Of a DNA stretch of 64,000 nt, positions 13,601 through 28,600 are shown piece after piece. The notes under the pieces are model-generated. The model worked only from the letters and a program-made list of their open reading frames with translations. It searched no databases and had not been told where the DNA came from. Made by a program: the position numbers and the translations under genes. Position 1 is the stretch's first letter. Every line of letters starts with the position of its first letter. Source of the DNA: Diplonema japonicum (lineage: Eukaryota > Protista > Euglenozoa: Diplonemea); contig OZ025708.1 in assembly GCA_964019335.1 (NCBI GenBank), forward strand, positions 446,001 through 510,000, in the 5' to 3' direction.

Positions 13601-16600
13601 TGCATCGTGGAGCCCTGCTCGTCGGACTACCAGTCTGTGTGCAGTTCCGACCCGGCGTGCAAGTGGGACTACCCTCTGTGCGGGAACACCTCGAAGCTGC
13701 AGTGCATGCCCAAGGGCTGCGATTACCTCACCGTGAAGGGGGACTGCGACGGCGACGTGCACTGCGTGTGGGACGCTGCGGCCTCCACCTGCAAGGACAG
13801 GGTGTGCGCGCAGTTCAGGGACGAAAGGTGTTGCGACAAGGACGCGACGTGCAAGTGGGATGTGACCACGGACCCCGCGGTCTGCTCGCAGAAGAAGTGC
13901 CCGGCGATCCAGACGCAGCCGAAGTGCGACGAGCAGAGCGACTGCATGTGGAACTCAACAACGAACACGTGTGTGGACCTGGACTGCAGCAAGTTCCCCG
14001 ACATGTGCCCGTGCAACCAGCACGACAAGTGCTACTGGAAGCCCGGTGCGGGTTTCGCTGGGACTGGCGCCTGCGTAGCGGTCGAGTTTGGGGAGTGCCC
14101 CACCCTCGACATTGTGCTGGTGCTGGACGGGTCAGGGTCAATGTCTGCAAAGTTCGGGAACCACCCTCACGGCTTCGACGCTCTCATGGAGATGATGAGA
14201 GACTGGATCGAGACGCTGCCCTTGAACGGGGAGGACGCTTCTGTGGGGATCAATTCGAAGAAGGACAACGGCGGGGTGCGTGTGGGCATTGTCCAATTCT
14301 CCGGATGGAACAACTGGAGGAGCGAAGCCAGGAAGACCCCCGGCGGGGTGGGATCTGGAGGGAGGCTCAGTGGCACGCTGCAACAGCTGGAAGACGACGT
14401 GGACTGGCACGAGGACAACTACATGGGGGACGGGACCATGATTGAAGAGGGTCTCACGATGGCAGCCGACATGTTCCACGCTTCGCCTGTGGACGGGAGG
14501 CAGAGGGTGCTGTTCATCTTCACGGACGGGCAGATCTACGACCCGAACTCCCTTTCCGGTGCGAGGGCGGAGCTCGACAAGGAGGGAGTGCAGGTGTTCG
14601 GTATCGTGGTGAGGAAGGCGACGCAACACACGAAGGCGGACCTGGACGCTGAGAAGACGCTGAAGCCGATCACCTCGGACCCGCACGATGACCACTTCAA
14701 GAACGTCATGATCGATGAAGTCCCGGACCTCATGAAGGGGATCTGCGACCCGAACGGCCCTTGGGGACACCTCATCGTGAAGGACCCCCCCCAGCCTTCG
14801 AGCGGGGTGCACCTTCCGTGCCCGGACTACCAAACCCAAGGGACCTGCAAGAAGGACCCCGGGTGCATCTGGTCCGACGTTGGTTCTGTGTGCTTGAACT
14901 CCCCGTGCCTGCTGCACTGCAACGACTCGGCGTGCCAGGGGGACCCGAACAACAACTGCACCTGGGTGAACGGGAGCATCTGCACGAAGGCCCCCGATCC
15001 GACATGCGACTGCGCGTACACCACAGGGGACCCCGTGTACAACGAGAACATGTGTAAGGCGAACGCGATGTGTGTGTGGGATGCTGCTAGCAGCGTGTGC
15101 CAGCACGACGAGTGCGCGGCAGGGCAGCCTGGGAACCTCACCTGCGGTGCTGTGAACCAGCTCTGCATGGACCCCACCCCTGCACCGTGCACGGACGACT
15201 ACTACTGCGACTGTGTGCCGCCTGCAACGAGGGATCCGACGACGCAGCCCGGACAGGCGGCCGCGGTGTGCGTTCTCGATGAGTGCGCCGTCGACTGCCC
15301 CACTTGCGCTGGGACAACGTGCAGCGACAAGAACCAGGACTGCTTTGACCCAACACCGACCGTGTCCAGCTTGAGCGACTGGACGTGCACCTGCAAGCCG
15401 CCCTACACGGGTGTGGCGGTGGCGAACGCCGCTGTCTGCCAGATCGACGAGTGCAAGGACCAGACCTGCGGGACCTGCGCGAAGAATACCTGCAGTGACA
15501 AGAACCAGACCTGCCACGACCCGGACACCACGGTGTCGAACGACTGGACTTGCACGTGTCCCCCGCCCGCAAACCAGAGCGCCGTCGCCGCTGCTGCGTC
15601 CAGCTGCGACTTCGACGAGTGCACCATCCACAAGGACACCTGCGAGAACGCGGACCAAACTTGCCACGACCCCGACCAGTCCGTAACCGGGGACTGGACC
15701 TGCACCTGCAAGCCGCCCTCGAACGGCACCGCCACCGCGCAGGTTGCTTGGTGTGAGCTTGACGAGTGCGTGAAGACATGTCCGAGCTGTGCAAACACGA
15801 CATGCACAGGAGAGAACCAGCTTTGCGACGACCCCAACAAGGGATCGCACTCCACCGGGGACTGGACCTGCACCTGCCAGAACCCCTTCACGGGCTCAGC
15901 CACGGCTGCCGCTGCGATCTGCAAACTGGACGAGTGCTCTGCTTTGTGCACCGGAACCAGTTGCGCCAACGCGACGTGTTCGAACGTGAACCAGACCTGC
16001 CACGACCCGGACTTCACGAAGCTGGGGGACTGGACGTGCAACTGCCCGCCGCCTTCGAAGCAGCTGCCCTCGCCGCAGCAGCCGGTGATGGGGTGCGAGG
16101 TGAACGAGTGCGACTTGCACAAGGCGGTGTGCGAGAACCAGGGCCAGGTCTGCGAGGACCCGGACCAGCTAGTCGCCGATGACTGGAAGTGCAAGTGCGT
16201 GCCCCCCATGAACGGGACCGCGACGGCGCAGCCTGCAGAGTGCACGATCGACGAGTGCGTGGCGAGCTGCGCCACTTGCGCGAACGACACCTGCAGCAGT
16301 GAGGGCCAGACCTGCGAAGACCCGGACACCTCGATGCACTCCACCGCGGACTGGACCTGCACCTGTCCGCCCCCTTACACCGGGGTGGCCATTGCAAACT
16401 CTGCGACCTGCCTCCTCGACGAGTGCGCGGCAAACTGCACCGATCCGACATGCGCGGGCACTACCTGCAGCGACAAGAACCAGACCTGCCACGACCCGGA
16501 CACCACGACTCTGGGCGACTGGACCTGTGCCTGCCCCCCTCCGTCTCAGAAGCAGCCGGTGGTGGGTGCGCCTGTGGTAGGCTGCGAGGAAAACGAGTGC

Positions 16601-19600
16601 GACAAGATGAAACAGATCTGCGAGAACGTCGGACAGACCTGCGACGACCCAGACCAGCTGACCCCCAACGACTGGGAGTGCAAGTGTGCACCGCCGATGA
16701 ACGGGACGGGAGTTGCAAAGCCTGCGGAGTGCACCGTTGACGAGTGTGCCAGCGACTGCGTTGGCCCGACCTGTGCGAACGCCACCTGCTCGGACGCCAA
16801 CCAGGTCTGCAACGACCCTGACACCGCTGTCCACTCTACCGGGGACTGGACGTGCACGTGCCCGTCCCCGTATTCCGGTGTGGCAATTGGGAGCGCTGCC
16901 ATCTGCCGCATCGACGAGTGCGTGCAGACCTGCCCGACCTGCGCGGACAACGCTTGCTCAAATGCTTCGCAGATCTGCAACGACCCGGACACGAGCAATC
17001 TCGGTGACTGGACTTGTTCGTGCCCCCCCCCTGCACAGAAGCCGTCTCAGGTGGGGGGTCCCGTGGCCCCCTCGTGCGACGTCGATGAGTGCGACCTGCA
17101 CAAGGACACCTGCGAGTCGCAGCAGCAGACCTGCTTCGACCCGGACCAGGGGAAAGTCGGCGACTGGCAGTGCAAGTGCGTGCCCCCCATGAACGGGACC
17201 GCGACGGCGCAGCCTGCGGAGTGCACGATCGATGAGTGCGTGGCGAGCTGCGCCACCTGCGCAAACGACACCTGCAGCAGCAAGAGTCAGACGTGTGAGG
17301 ATCCTGACACCTCGATGCATTCCACCGCGGACTGGACCTGCACCTGCCCGCCCCCGACCACGGGGAAGGCTGTGGCGAACTCTGCCGAGTGTGTGATCGA
17401 CGAGTGCGTGGAGACCTGCGGTACGTGTTCCAACGGAGCCTGCGCCTCGGAGGGTCAGACCTGCCACGACCCCAACGTGGCTGCGAACAGCACAGGCAAC
17501 TGGATCTGTACCTGCCAGCCTCCTTCCACGGGCTTCGCGACCGGGAAAGCAGCCATACCTTGCGTCGTTGACGAGTGCAAAGACCCCGACAACGAGAAGA
17601 AGTGTGCGGACGCCGGGCAGGAGTGCGTGGACCCGAACCCCTCGCTGGGGAGCCGCAACGACTGGGAGTGTCACTGCATCGTGCCGCCCGCCACCAAGAA
17701 CGCGTCGGCGGTGATGAACCCGGCCGATTGCGAATACCCTGGAGAGTGCAAGACTGACCCCGAGGCGAAGAAGTGCGTTGCAGCCGGTCACATCTGCGAC
17801 GACCCCAACACCGATCCCATGTCCACGGGGGACTGGGTCTGCATGTGCCCTCCCCCCTCGACCGGAAACAACGTGACCGCCACCAGCCCCGGCGGTGTCG
17901 CGGGGATGGTGTGCGAGACAAACGAGTGCGTGGTGGTCTGTCCGACCTGCGCGCAGACCGCGAGCAGCCCCACGAACCTCTGCACCGCCGAGGGACAGGA
18001 ATGCAGGGATCCCGACACGACAAGGTACGGCGACTGGCAGTGCGAGTGCCCGGCACCGTGGACCGGGACCCCCGTCACGGGTGGTGCCGCGAACTGCTCT
18101 CTCGACGAGTGCGTTGCGAACTGCCCGTCGTGCTCGAATGGGGCGTGCTCGGACGAGGGGCAAACCTGCGAGGACGCTAACACCGGTGTGCACGACCTGA
18201 AAGACTGGACCTGCACGTGCCCCCTGCCCGGTGTGGGGAGCGCGACAGCGAAGCCCGCAACTTGCGTTTGCGACGAGTGCAGTGAGGCGGACCAGAAGTG
18301 TTCCGCGGCCGGGCAGATCTGCTTCGACCCGAACACCGACTGCAACAGCAAGAAGGACTACACCTGCGAGTGCAAGGCCCCCTACAGCGGGACAGCCACC
18401 GCCCAGGCGGCCACTTGCGAGGTCGACGAGTGCAAGGAGAACAACGCCACTTGCACGGCTGTGGGTCAGGTCTGCAACGACCCCGATATGACGAAGCTCA
18501 ACGACTGGGAGTGCAAGTGTCCGCCCCCCAGCACCGGGATGGCTGTGGGCCAAGCGGCGGACACTTGCAAGCTCGACGAGTGTGTTGAGACGTGCAATAC
18601 GTGTGCAGGAACGACGTGCTCCGACGCGGACCAGACCTGCGCGGATCCCAACACGGACGCCGCGAGCACGGGGGATTGGATCTGCACCTGCAAGCCCCCT
18701 GCCGCGAACAACTCCGCAACGGGGAAGCCCGCGGTCTGCATCTGCGACGAGTGCGTCGGGGACACTCTGTGCGCCGCTGCAAACCAGTCCTGCTACGATG
18801 CGAACACAGTGTGCAACACGCCGTCGGACTTTGTCTGCGAGTGCGAACCCCCGATGATCGGGAACGCCACCGGGTCTGTCGCCACATGCTCCCTCGACGA
18901 GTGCGAGATCAACGGCGCCACGTGCGTCGCGCAGGGACAAGAGTGCAACGACCCGGACCATACGAAGGTCGGAGACTGGGAGTGCAAGTGCAAGCCGCCG
19001 AGCGTCGGGAATGCGACGGCGCAGGCTGCGGAGTGCGTGTACGACGAGTGCAAGATCCAGGACTGTCCAACGTGCGCAAACGACACCTGCAGCGCAGCGG
19101 CCCAGGACTGCGAGGACATGAACACCAGCCCCACGAGCACCAGCGACTGGGTTTGCAAGTGCCCTCCTCCGTCGAACCACACAGCCACGGGGAAGGTTGC
19201 GGTGTGCGATCTCGATGAGTGCAAGGAACCCGCGAATGCCGGGAAGTGCACGGAGATGTGCGTGCCTGGGACCCTGGACTGCGGTCAGACCTGCTACGAC
19301 CCGGACCCGACAACAGCGAGCACGGGGGACTGGGAGTGCTTGTGCCCGCCCCCGGCGACCGGGAAGATGGTTGCCGGCCCTGTGGTGCACTGCACTTATA
19401 ACGAGTGCGACGAGAAGGAGACCGTCTGCGCGGCAGAGGGGCAGGGGTGCGAGGACACGAACCAGCAGACGCTGAACGACTGGGTCTGCGAGTGCCTGCC
19501 CCCCGCAACGGGGAACGCCACGGTGCGACCGGCCAGGTGCCTGCTCGACGAGTGCAAAGTCCAGAACTGCCCCACGTGCGCGAACGACACCTGCAGCAGT

Positions 19601-22600
19601 GTCGGGCAGGAGTGCGAGGACCCCGACACGACGGCGACCAGCACCGGCGACTGGGTCTGCAAGTGTCCGTTGCCGTCGACCCACGAGGCGACGGCGAAGC
19701 CCGCTGTTTGCGAAATCGACGAGTGCGATGAGCCGCAGAACAACTGCACCGCAAACTGCGTTGCCCCGAACACCCCGAACTGCGAGCAGACTTGCTTCGA
19801 CCCGGACACCTCGCCGAACAGTCTCGGAGACTGGACCTGCAGCTGCCCCCCTCCGACGAGCGGAAAGGCTGTGGCCCAGGCGGCGATGTGCACTGTCGAC
19901 GAGTGCGTCGAGCACGGTGCGACCTGCACCGCCGAAGGGCAGACCTGTAGGGACCTGAACACCAGCAAGCTGAACGACTGGGAGTGCGTGTGCACGGCCC
20001 CCGCAAAGGGGTCGGCGTTCGCACAGAAAGTAAAGACCTGCGTGCTCGACGAGTGCGTTGAGGACTGCGACACCTGCTCGAAGAACACCTGCACGGACGC
20101 GGGGCAGACCTGCGAGGACCCGAACACGTCGGAGTCGAGCAAGAGCGACTGGATCTGCAAGTGCCCGTCGCCCTCGACGAACACGGCGACCGGGAAACCC
20201 GCGACCTGCGAGGTGGACGAGTGCAAGGAAAACGGGTGGAAGTGCACCGCCGACTGCAAGGGGGCGTTGAACTGCGCCCAGCAGTGCTTCGACCCGAACA
20301 CCAACACCACGAGCCTGGATGACTGGAAATGCGTGTGCCAGCCTCCGTCGACGGATTCGGCCGTGGCGAAGGCTGCGATTTGCACGGTTGAGCCGTGCAT
20401 CCACGACAACGAGCCCGCCTGCGATCAGGACCCCGATGGCTGTGAGTGGTCACTGCTCCCGACGCCCGTCTGCAAGCCGATCCCCTGCCAGCATACGAAG
20501 GAGGTGGACTGCAAGGCTGAGACAGGCTGCGAGTGGCTCGTCTACTCGGGGGCGTCGACGAACGCTGGAACGGGGGCCGTCTCCTACGAGGTGCTGATGC
20601 CCGTGAAGCCGTTCCCCGCTGTTGCGACGTGCGACGCCAGCTGTTCGTGCGCCGCGCAGAACGCGGTGTTCGTCCGCGTCGGGGACGGCTACGTCAACGG
20701 AAAGGACTCACTCACCTGTGGTGGCTGTGCCGCGGTGGGTGTGACAGTGAACTGGCAGGCGGCGGGGGGTTCCCTGACAGTAAGCGGTGGTGCCGGTGTG
20801 AGCGGCGACAATCTCGCGGAGATCGTGGCCAGCATCGAGTTCACCACCTCGTCGACGGACGGCGGGAAGAGGAGCCTCAGCTGGAACTTCGGAACGGTCC
20901 TAGACACGGCGGCTACGGCGACCGCGTGCGGCGGGGTGGTGGACCTCGTAGGGGGTGTGTGCGTGACAGAGAAGTGCGACTACGGCACTGACGCGGAGTG
21001 CGAGGCGGACCCGTTCTGCGACTGGGTGGGCGGGACGACCGACCCCTGCGTGATCGCCCCGTGCGTGCTGTACCCGAACGAGAAAGAGTGCTCGAAGGAC
21101 CCGGACTGCCGCTTCGACGTGAGCAGCTCGCCCGCCATGTGTAAGGAGAAACCGTGCAGGGCCTTCAAGGGTTCGGTGGAGTGCGATGCGGAAGACGAGT
21201 GCATGTGGAATGCAACGCAGACGAAGTGTGTGGAGAAGGAGTGCAGTAAGTTCAACGACGACCGCTGCCAGTGTCACGCGGAGGACAGGTGCTACTGGGA
21301 CGTGCGCTCCACGGTCCCAAAGTGCGTGGAGAGCAAGTACGGGCAGTGCCCGGTGCTAGACGTGGTGATGCTGCTGGACGGGTCCGGGTCGATGAGCGAG
21401 GCCTTCGGGCGTCACCCGCATGGCTTCTACGCCATGATGGAGATGATCCGGGACTGGGTGAACACGCTGCCCCTCACAGGGGAGGACCATACGGTCGGGA
21501 AGGCGTCAACGGCCCCGAACGGCGGGCTCCGAATGGGGATCATCCAGTTCTCCGGCCCTGTCCCGGAGGCGGTGAAGACTCCTGTCGGGGTGGGGTCCTC
21601 GGGCTCTCTGACCGGGGACCTGACGGAGCTGCAAGGGGACATCGACTGGCACGAGGCAAACTACATCCAGGGGAGCACCTTCATCGCGACGGGGCTGAAC
21701 TGGGCCGGGACCATGTTCCAGTTCTCCCCGTCCACGAGGCAGAAGGTGCTCATCATCGTGACGGACGGGGCCATCAAGGACACAGCGTCTCTCGCCTCCG
21801 CGAAGGCGGTCCTCACCGCGGAAGGGGTGAAGATCTTCGGGGTGGTGCTAAGGAAAGCGGCGGCGCACACGCAAGAGGATTTGGACGCGGAGGCAGCGTT
21901 GAAGCCGATCACCTCGGACCCGCACGACGATCACTTCATGAACGTGCTGATCGACGATATGCCGGATCAGGTCCTGAACGGGATCTGCGATCCGAACAGC
22001 AAGTGGGGCCAGCTCCTCATGCCCGGGGCGTCGAGCGAGAACCAGGCTGGGATGCACAAGCCGTGCCCGCAGCACCTGGTGCAGATGGAGTGCACAGCGG
22101 ACCCCGGTTGCGTGTGGAGCAGCGTGGGCCTGTCGTGCGTGGACTCTCCTTGCGTGGCGCACTGCGACAGCACGAAGTGCACGGCCGACACGGTGAACCA
22201 CTGCCAGTGGAAGGTGGTGAACGGGACGACAGATCCCTCCTGCTGGGTGGAGACAATCTGTGCCTACAACGACGAGACCTCGTGCGAGGCGGACGACGAG
22301 TGCGACTGGGATGCCTCGAAGCCTGACTGCGTGGAGCGCCCGTGCAACCAGCAGACAGAGACGGAGTGCGAGGCGGACCCGAAGGGGTGCGAGTGGACGG
22401 CCGCAACGAAGACCTGCGCGGAGAAGCCGTGCAAGCACACGGTGGAAGCGGACTGCAGCGCCGACGCCCTCTGCGAGTGGGACGCGTGTGCGGGGGTCGC
22501 CGGGGGCGGTGCCTGCCAGAAGAAGAGCTGCGACCCGACGGTCTTCACGGATGAGGTGTCTTGCACGAAGGACGCGCGGTGCCAGTGGGTGAGCGGTGTG

Positions 22601-25600
22601 ACGGGGTTCACCTGTGCGCAGGAGCCGTGCGCCATCCACTCCGGGGAGAGATGCTGCAACACGGAGGCGGACTGCCACTGGGACATCTCGGTGTCCCCTG
22701 CGCAGTGCAGCGTGAAGTACTGTGCGAAGATGAACGCGAACCAGGCGAAGTGCGACAGTGACAGCCAGTGCGTGTACGAGGGAAGCAGCTGCGTGGAGAA
22801 GGAGTGTGGGAAGCTCGCCGAGTGCGAGTGCAGGAAGGATGCGGACTGCTACTGGAACGGGGACAAGAGTTTCTGCACCCCGTTCCAGTTTGGGCAGTGC
22901 CCCACACTGGACCTGGTGCTCTTGTTGGATGGATCAGGGTCGATGAGCCAGGCATTCGGGCGCCACCCGCACGGGTTCGATGCCATTATGGAGATGGTCC
23001 GAGACTGGGTGACGACGCTGCCCCTGAGCGGGGAGAAGGGGATTGTCGGAGTGAACTCGCAGGCGAACAGCGGGAAGGTTCGTGTGGGGATCATCCAGTT
23101 CTCCGGGGTGAACGCGCAGGGGGCAGACCCCGGGAGGGCGGACGCTCAGGCAACCCCCGCTGGGATCGGCTCCTCCGGGAGTCTCACCGGGGACCTCGCG
23201 GAACTGAACACTGACATCGATTGGCAGGAGACCAACTACTACGGCGGTGGGACCATGATTGCGAAGGGGCTGACCGACGTGGCGCAGATGTTCCATGCCT
23301 CCCCGAATGACGGGAGGCAGAGGGTGCTCATCATCATCACGGATGGGCAGATCTTTGACCCGGACACCCAGGCCGTGCTGCAGGCGCGCGGGGAGCTCGA
23401 CAAGGAGAGGGTGCAGGTGTTCGGGGTGGTGGTGAGGAAGGCTACCGCGCACACCGCGATTGACGACCTCGCGGAGCAGACCCTGAAGCCGATGGTGTCG
23501 GTGCCGAAGGACGACCATTTCCAGAACCTCATGATCGACGAGGTCCCTACGCTGGTGCTGGGAGAGATCTGCGACCCGAACGGGAAGTTCGGGAGGCTCG
23601 TTGTCGGGACGAACGGGAGCAGCAGCACCGGGGTGAACAAGCCGTGCAAGCAGCACACCCTGATGGGGGCTTGCAACGCCGACCCCGGTTGCGCGTGGTA
23701 CGACGCGACCCTCTCCTGCGCGGACACTCCGTGCATGCAGCACTGTGAAGAGATCCCTTGCAGGAACGACACGGCTAACAAGTGCGCCTGGGACTCGACG
23801 AAGGGATTGTGCCAAAAGGAGCCGCAGGTGGGGTGCGACTCGCTCTCCATGGGAGAATGCCCGAAGAACCCCAAGTGCGAGGTGTCGAAGGACAACACGA
23901 CGTGCGTGGACAAGAAGTGCTTGCACGACACGGAACAGGGCTGCGTGACGGACCCCGACAAATGCGTGTGGAACAACATCGACCAGGAGTGTACGGAGAA
24001 GCCGTGCAACCATCCGGATGAGGCAACCTGCGAGAACGACGCGCTGTGCGATTGGAACAACGGTAACAACCCCCTGTCCTACAGCAAGGGTGTGAAGATG
24101 TCCCCGTTAAACCTGACCTGCAACCCAACAACGACCTGTATGAACGGTTGTGCCGGGCTGATAAACGGCGCGGCCGTGAGCATCGACAGCGCGGACTACG
24201 TGAAGGGGAAGGACACGTTGGAGTGCGCGGGGTGCCCCGCCCTCGGGATGAAGACAGAGTGGTCCGTGGAGACAGGCTCCCTGCTGCTGACCTCCATGGA
24301 TGGGCAGGAGAAGTCACTGGAGAAGTTCACGGAGGCTTTGAACCAGGTGACCTTCGCGACGACCTCCGCTGCAGGGAACCCAAGGGGGATCACATGGAAC
24401 TACGGGCAGGGGGTGTATGACGCCAGGACGGGCCACTACTACCGCTACTACGCCTCGAACACAGTGTGCCAGACGACCGGCGGTGCAACAACCGCCGGGT
24501 GCACGTGGGAGGACGCGAAGCAGGCCTGCGCGGCGAAGGCCTTCCTTGGGCTAAGCGGCTACCTGATGACAGCGAGCACTGACCTGGATACGGAAGTGGC
24601 GAGAGGGAGGATCGCCGCTGAGGGCTGGATGGGGGCCTCAGCGACGAACGGCGCGTGGACGTGGAGCACTGGTCCGGAAGCCGGGACAGCCCTCAACAGC
24701 TACGAGAACTGGATGACCGGAGAGCCCTCCGCGGTGAACGGTGACGGCTACTTCTTCCCCAACGGGGAGTGGAGCAGCGTGGCGAAAACGAGCGACAAGG
24801 CGGTGCTCGGGTACGCGTGCGAGTGGGGGACGACGAGCGGCCCCGCCTGCACTGGTTCCGTTGGGAGCGTCATCGTGAACGCGGGCGGCTGCGCGGAGGA
24901 GAAGTGCACGGAGACCAGCAGGACGGAGTGCGTGGCGGACCCGTACTGCGACTGGGTGGTGAACACGACTGCATGCGTGCAGAAGCCGTGCACGGACGTA
25001 ATGGAGGAGCTCCCGTGCAACAAGAAGGAGGGATGCCACTGGAGTCCGTCCATCTCTCCTGCGATGTGTGTGGAGGAGCCTTGCGCGAAGCTGAAGGACA
25101 CGCCAACCTGCAACGCCGACAACAACTGCGTGTGGGAGGATGGGAAGAAGATGTGCGTGGAGAAGAACTGCAACGACCTCTCGAAGTGCTTGTGCGTGGA
25201 GGACCCGAAGTGTTTCTGGAAGGCAGCTGGGACCAGTGGGTCGTGTGTGAAGAACACCTATGGTGCGTGCCCCACGATGGATATCGTGGTCCTTGTAGAC
25301 GGATCGCAGTCGATGAGCCAGTCCTTCGGGCACCACCCGCACGGCTTCTTCGCCCTGATGGAGATGCTGGGGGACTGGATCCAGAGCCTGCCCCTGAGCG
25401 GGGAGGCGGCGACGGTCGGGGCTGCCTCGCAGGCGAACAGCGGGAAGGTGAGAGTCGCGGTGGTGCAGTTCTCTGGGCACCCGCAGTTCTTCAGCCCTCC
25501 TAACACCTGGAGCGGCCCCGTGGTAGAGTCGGTGGCAGTGAGCCCGGTGGGAGTGGGGACGGCGGGCCGCCTCTCCGGAGCGTCCGCGGAGTTGAAGTCG

Positions 25601-28600
25601 GACGTGGACTGGCACGAGAGCAACTACCTGGAGGCCGGGACTTACATTGCGAAGGGGTTGAAGAGGGCGTCAACCATCTTCACGAGTTCCTCGCCTGTGG
25701 ACGGGAGGCAGCGTGTGCTCATGATATTCACAGACGGGATGATCGAGGACGCGGGGACGGACAAGGACATCATGGTGCAGGCGAGGCAGGATCTTGACGG
25801 GCTGTCTGTTCAGACCTTCGGGATCGTGGTGAGGAGGTTCGCGCAGCACACGCAGACCGATGTTGACGCTGAGGCGACGCTGAAGCCGATCGTGTCTGCG
25901 CCTCAGGACGAGCACTTCATGAACCTGCAGATCGACGAGGTCCCAGACCAGGCGCTGAACGGGTTGTGCGACCCGAACGGGCCGTGGGGACACCTCATCG
26001 TCGCCCCGCAGACCACGCAGGCGGGGGTGCACCAACCCTGCCAGAACTACCTCGGGAAGACGACTTGCGTTGCGGACAAGGGGTGCACCTGGTCGGATGT
26101 CCTCACCTCGTGCCTGGACTCCGTGTGCGTGCCGCACTGCGACCAGCCGACCTGCGAGGGGGAGACCTCTACGAAGTGCGTGTGGGACGGGAGCCTCGAA
26201 GAGTGCTTCAAGAAGCCGGTCTGCCAGTATTCCGACAAAGTGAACTGTAACAACGACGAGGAGTGCAAGTGGGACTCGAACAAGTGTATTGAAAAGCCGT
26301 GCAACTACCCCGACGAGACGAGCTGCATCGCAGACACCGGCGCGGATTGCGTGTGGTCGACGGTGACGAAGAAGTGCAGCGAGAAGCCCTGCAACTACAA
26401 CAATACGGCGGACTGCGGAGCGGACGGCGGTTGCCAGTGGGAGGACACGTGCAAGGAGCCCGAGGACCAAATGTGTATCGTGAAGCCGTGCATGCACAGC
26501 AACGAGACCGCATGCAAGGAAGACGTGATGTGCGCGTGGAACGCCTCCGGCTGCGCCGTCGCGACCTGTGCGCACTACCCCGACGAAAAGTGCTGCAACC
26601 GCGACGACGGGTGTTACTGGAACGTGCAGCAGGCCCCTGCTGTGTGCTCGCAGCACCCTTGCCGCCTGCTTGGCTCGGAGGGGACCTGCAACGCCGACAG
26701 GAACTGCATGTGGGAGGGAGGGAGCAGCACCTGTTTGGAAAAGTCGTGCGGGAAGTACACGACAAGGTGCCCCTGCGAAGCGGACCCGGACTGCTTCTTT
26801 GTCGTCGGGTCGAACCACTGCACCTTCCAGCGCTACGGGACGTGCCCGACGCTTGACGTGGTGGTGCTCCTGGACGGAGGAGTATCGATGGAAAGGAAGT
26901 TCGGGCGCCACCCCCAGGGCTTCTACGCCCTCGTGGAGGTTGTGAGGGACTGGGCGAGGACTCTCCCGCTCTCTGGAAGTGCGGCGGGGGCCACCCCCGC
27001 CAACAACAACGCTGTCCGCCTCGCCTTCGTGCAGTTTGCGGGGAGCAGCCTGTGGCCGTCTGGCGATGCGAAGCAGGCCCTTTCCTCAACCGGTACGGGC
27101 ACCAGCGAGGGGCGCCTCACCGGGGTGCTCTCGGAGGTTGAGAAGGACCTCGAGTTCCAGGAGGACAACTTCATGGGGGGCAACGCTGCCCGTCAGCCCG
27201 CCCCTCAGACCACCTACCTCCTTGCAGGCCTGCAGAAGGCGTCGAGCTTGTTCAAGGCCGGTCCTGTGGACGGGAGGAGGCGCGTGCTGATCGTTGTGGC
27301 GGACAGCCCCCTGGATGACAAGGACAAGTACCAGACGGTGATGGCAGACCTTGCTGCCTCGCAGGTGGAAGTGTTCGCAGCCACGGTGCGTCCGTTCACG
27401 GCGCAGTCTGCGGGGGACCTGCAAGCAGATGCGGACCTGAAGGAAGTGGTGTCGGACCCCAAGGACGGGCACTTTGTGAGCGTCGAGATAGACCAGTTGG
27501 CGGCCTCGCTGAACGGTTTGTGTGACCCGAACAGCCAGTGGGGCGGGTTCATCGCGGCGACTGCCGTCGACCGCGAGCCGTGCAACCTCCGTGTCGGGAA
27601 GACGGCATGCAACAAGGACTCCGGCTGCGTGTGGTTCGACACGACCCTGTCGTGCGGGGACTCCCCGTGCCTGACCCACTGCGAGGCCCCCGTCTGCGTG
27701 GCGGACACGGCCAACAGATGCGTGTGGAACGGGGCCTCGTGCGAGAAGGAGGAGGTCTGCAAACACCCTGACCTCGTTGCGTGTGAGGCGGACCCTGAGT
27801 GCGAGGTGGACAAGGGGACCTGCATCGGGAAGAAGTGCAAGCACGACACGGAGCAGGGCTGCGTGGCGGACCCCGACTCGTGCGTGTGGAACAACCTGGA
27901 CCAGGCCTGTGGGGAGAAGCCGTGCAACTACGACAACCTGGACCAGTGCGTGCTGGACCTGAAGTGCGAATGGAAGTCGCTGGTGCCAGAGTGCTTGCCG
28001 AAGCTCTGCACATACGGGAACCAGACCGCGTGCGAGACGACAGAGCCAGGGATGTGCGTGTGGGAGAGCACCGACGACAAGTGTGTGCCAGCCCCGTGCA
28101 AGCAGTACCAGAGCGAGATCGAGTGCAAGCTGGACGAGGGGTGCGACTGGACCAGCGAGTGCGAGCCGAAATACTGCGAGAGGTACGCCGGGGATGCTGG
28201 GGCGTGCGACAGTGATGGGCTGTGCATGTGGGACGAAACGAAAAAGAAGTGCGTGGACAAGGAATGCGGGGCCTTCCAGAATGACACGTGCCGCTGCCAC
28301 AAAGACGCGGACTGCTTCTGGGACAAGGGGGTGTGCAAGACCGCGAAGTTCGGAGAGTGCCCGACCCTCGACATCGTGCTTGCGGTGGATGGGTCGGCGT
28401 CGATGACACAGACTTTCGGGCGCCACCCGCACGGCTTCTACGGGTTGATGGAGGTGCTGAAGACGTGGACCGGGAAGCTCACCCTGAGCGGGGAGAAGGC
28501 TGGGACTCCCACGACGGCCCTGACGGGGAAGACGAGGATCGGTGTCGTGCAGTTCAGCGGGAAGCCGGCCATCAAGATCCCCGGAAAGGACCTCGTGGAC

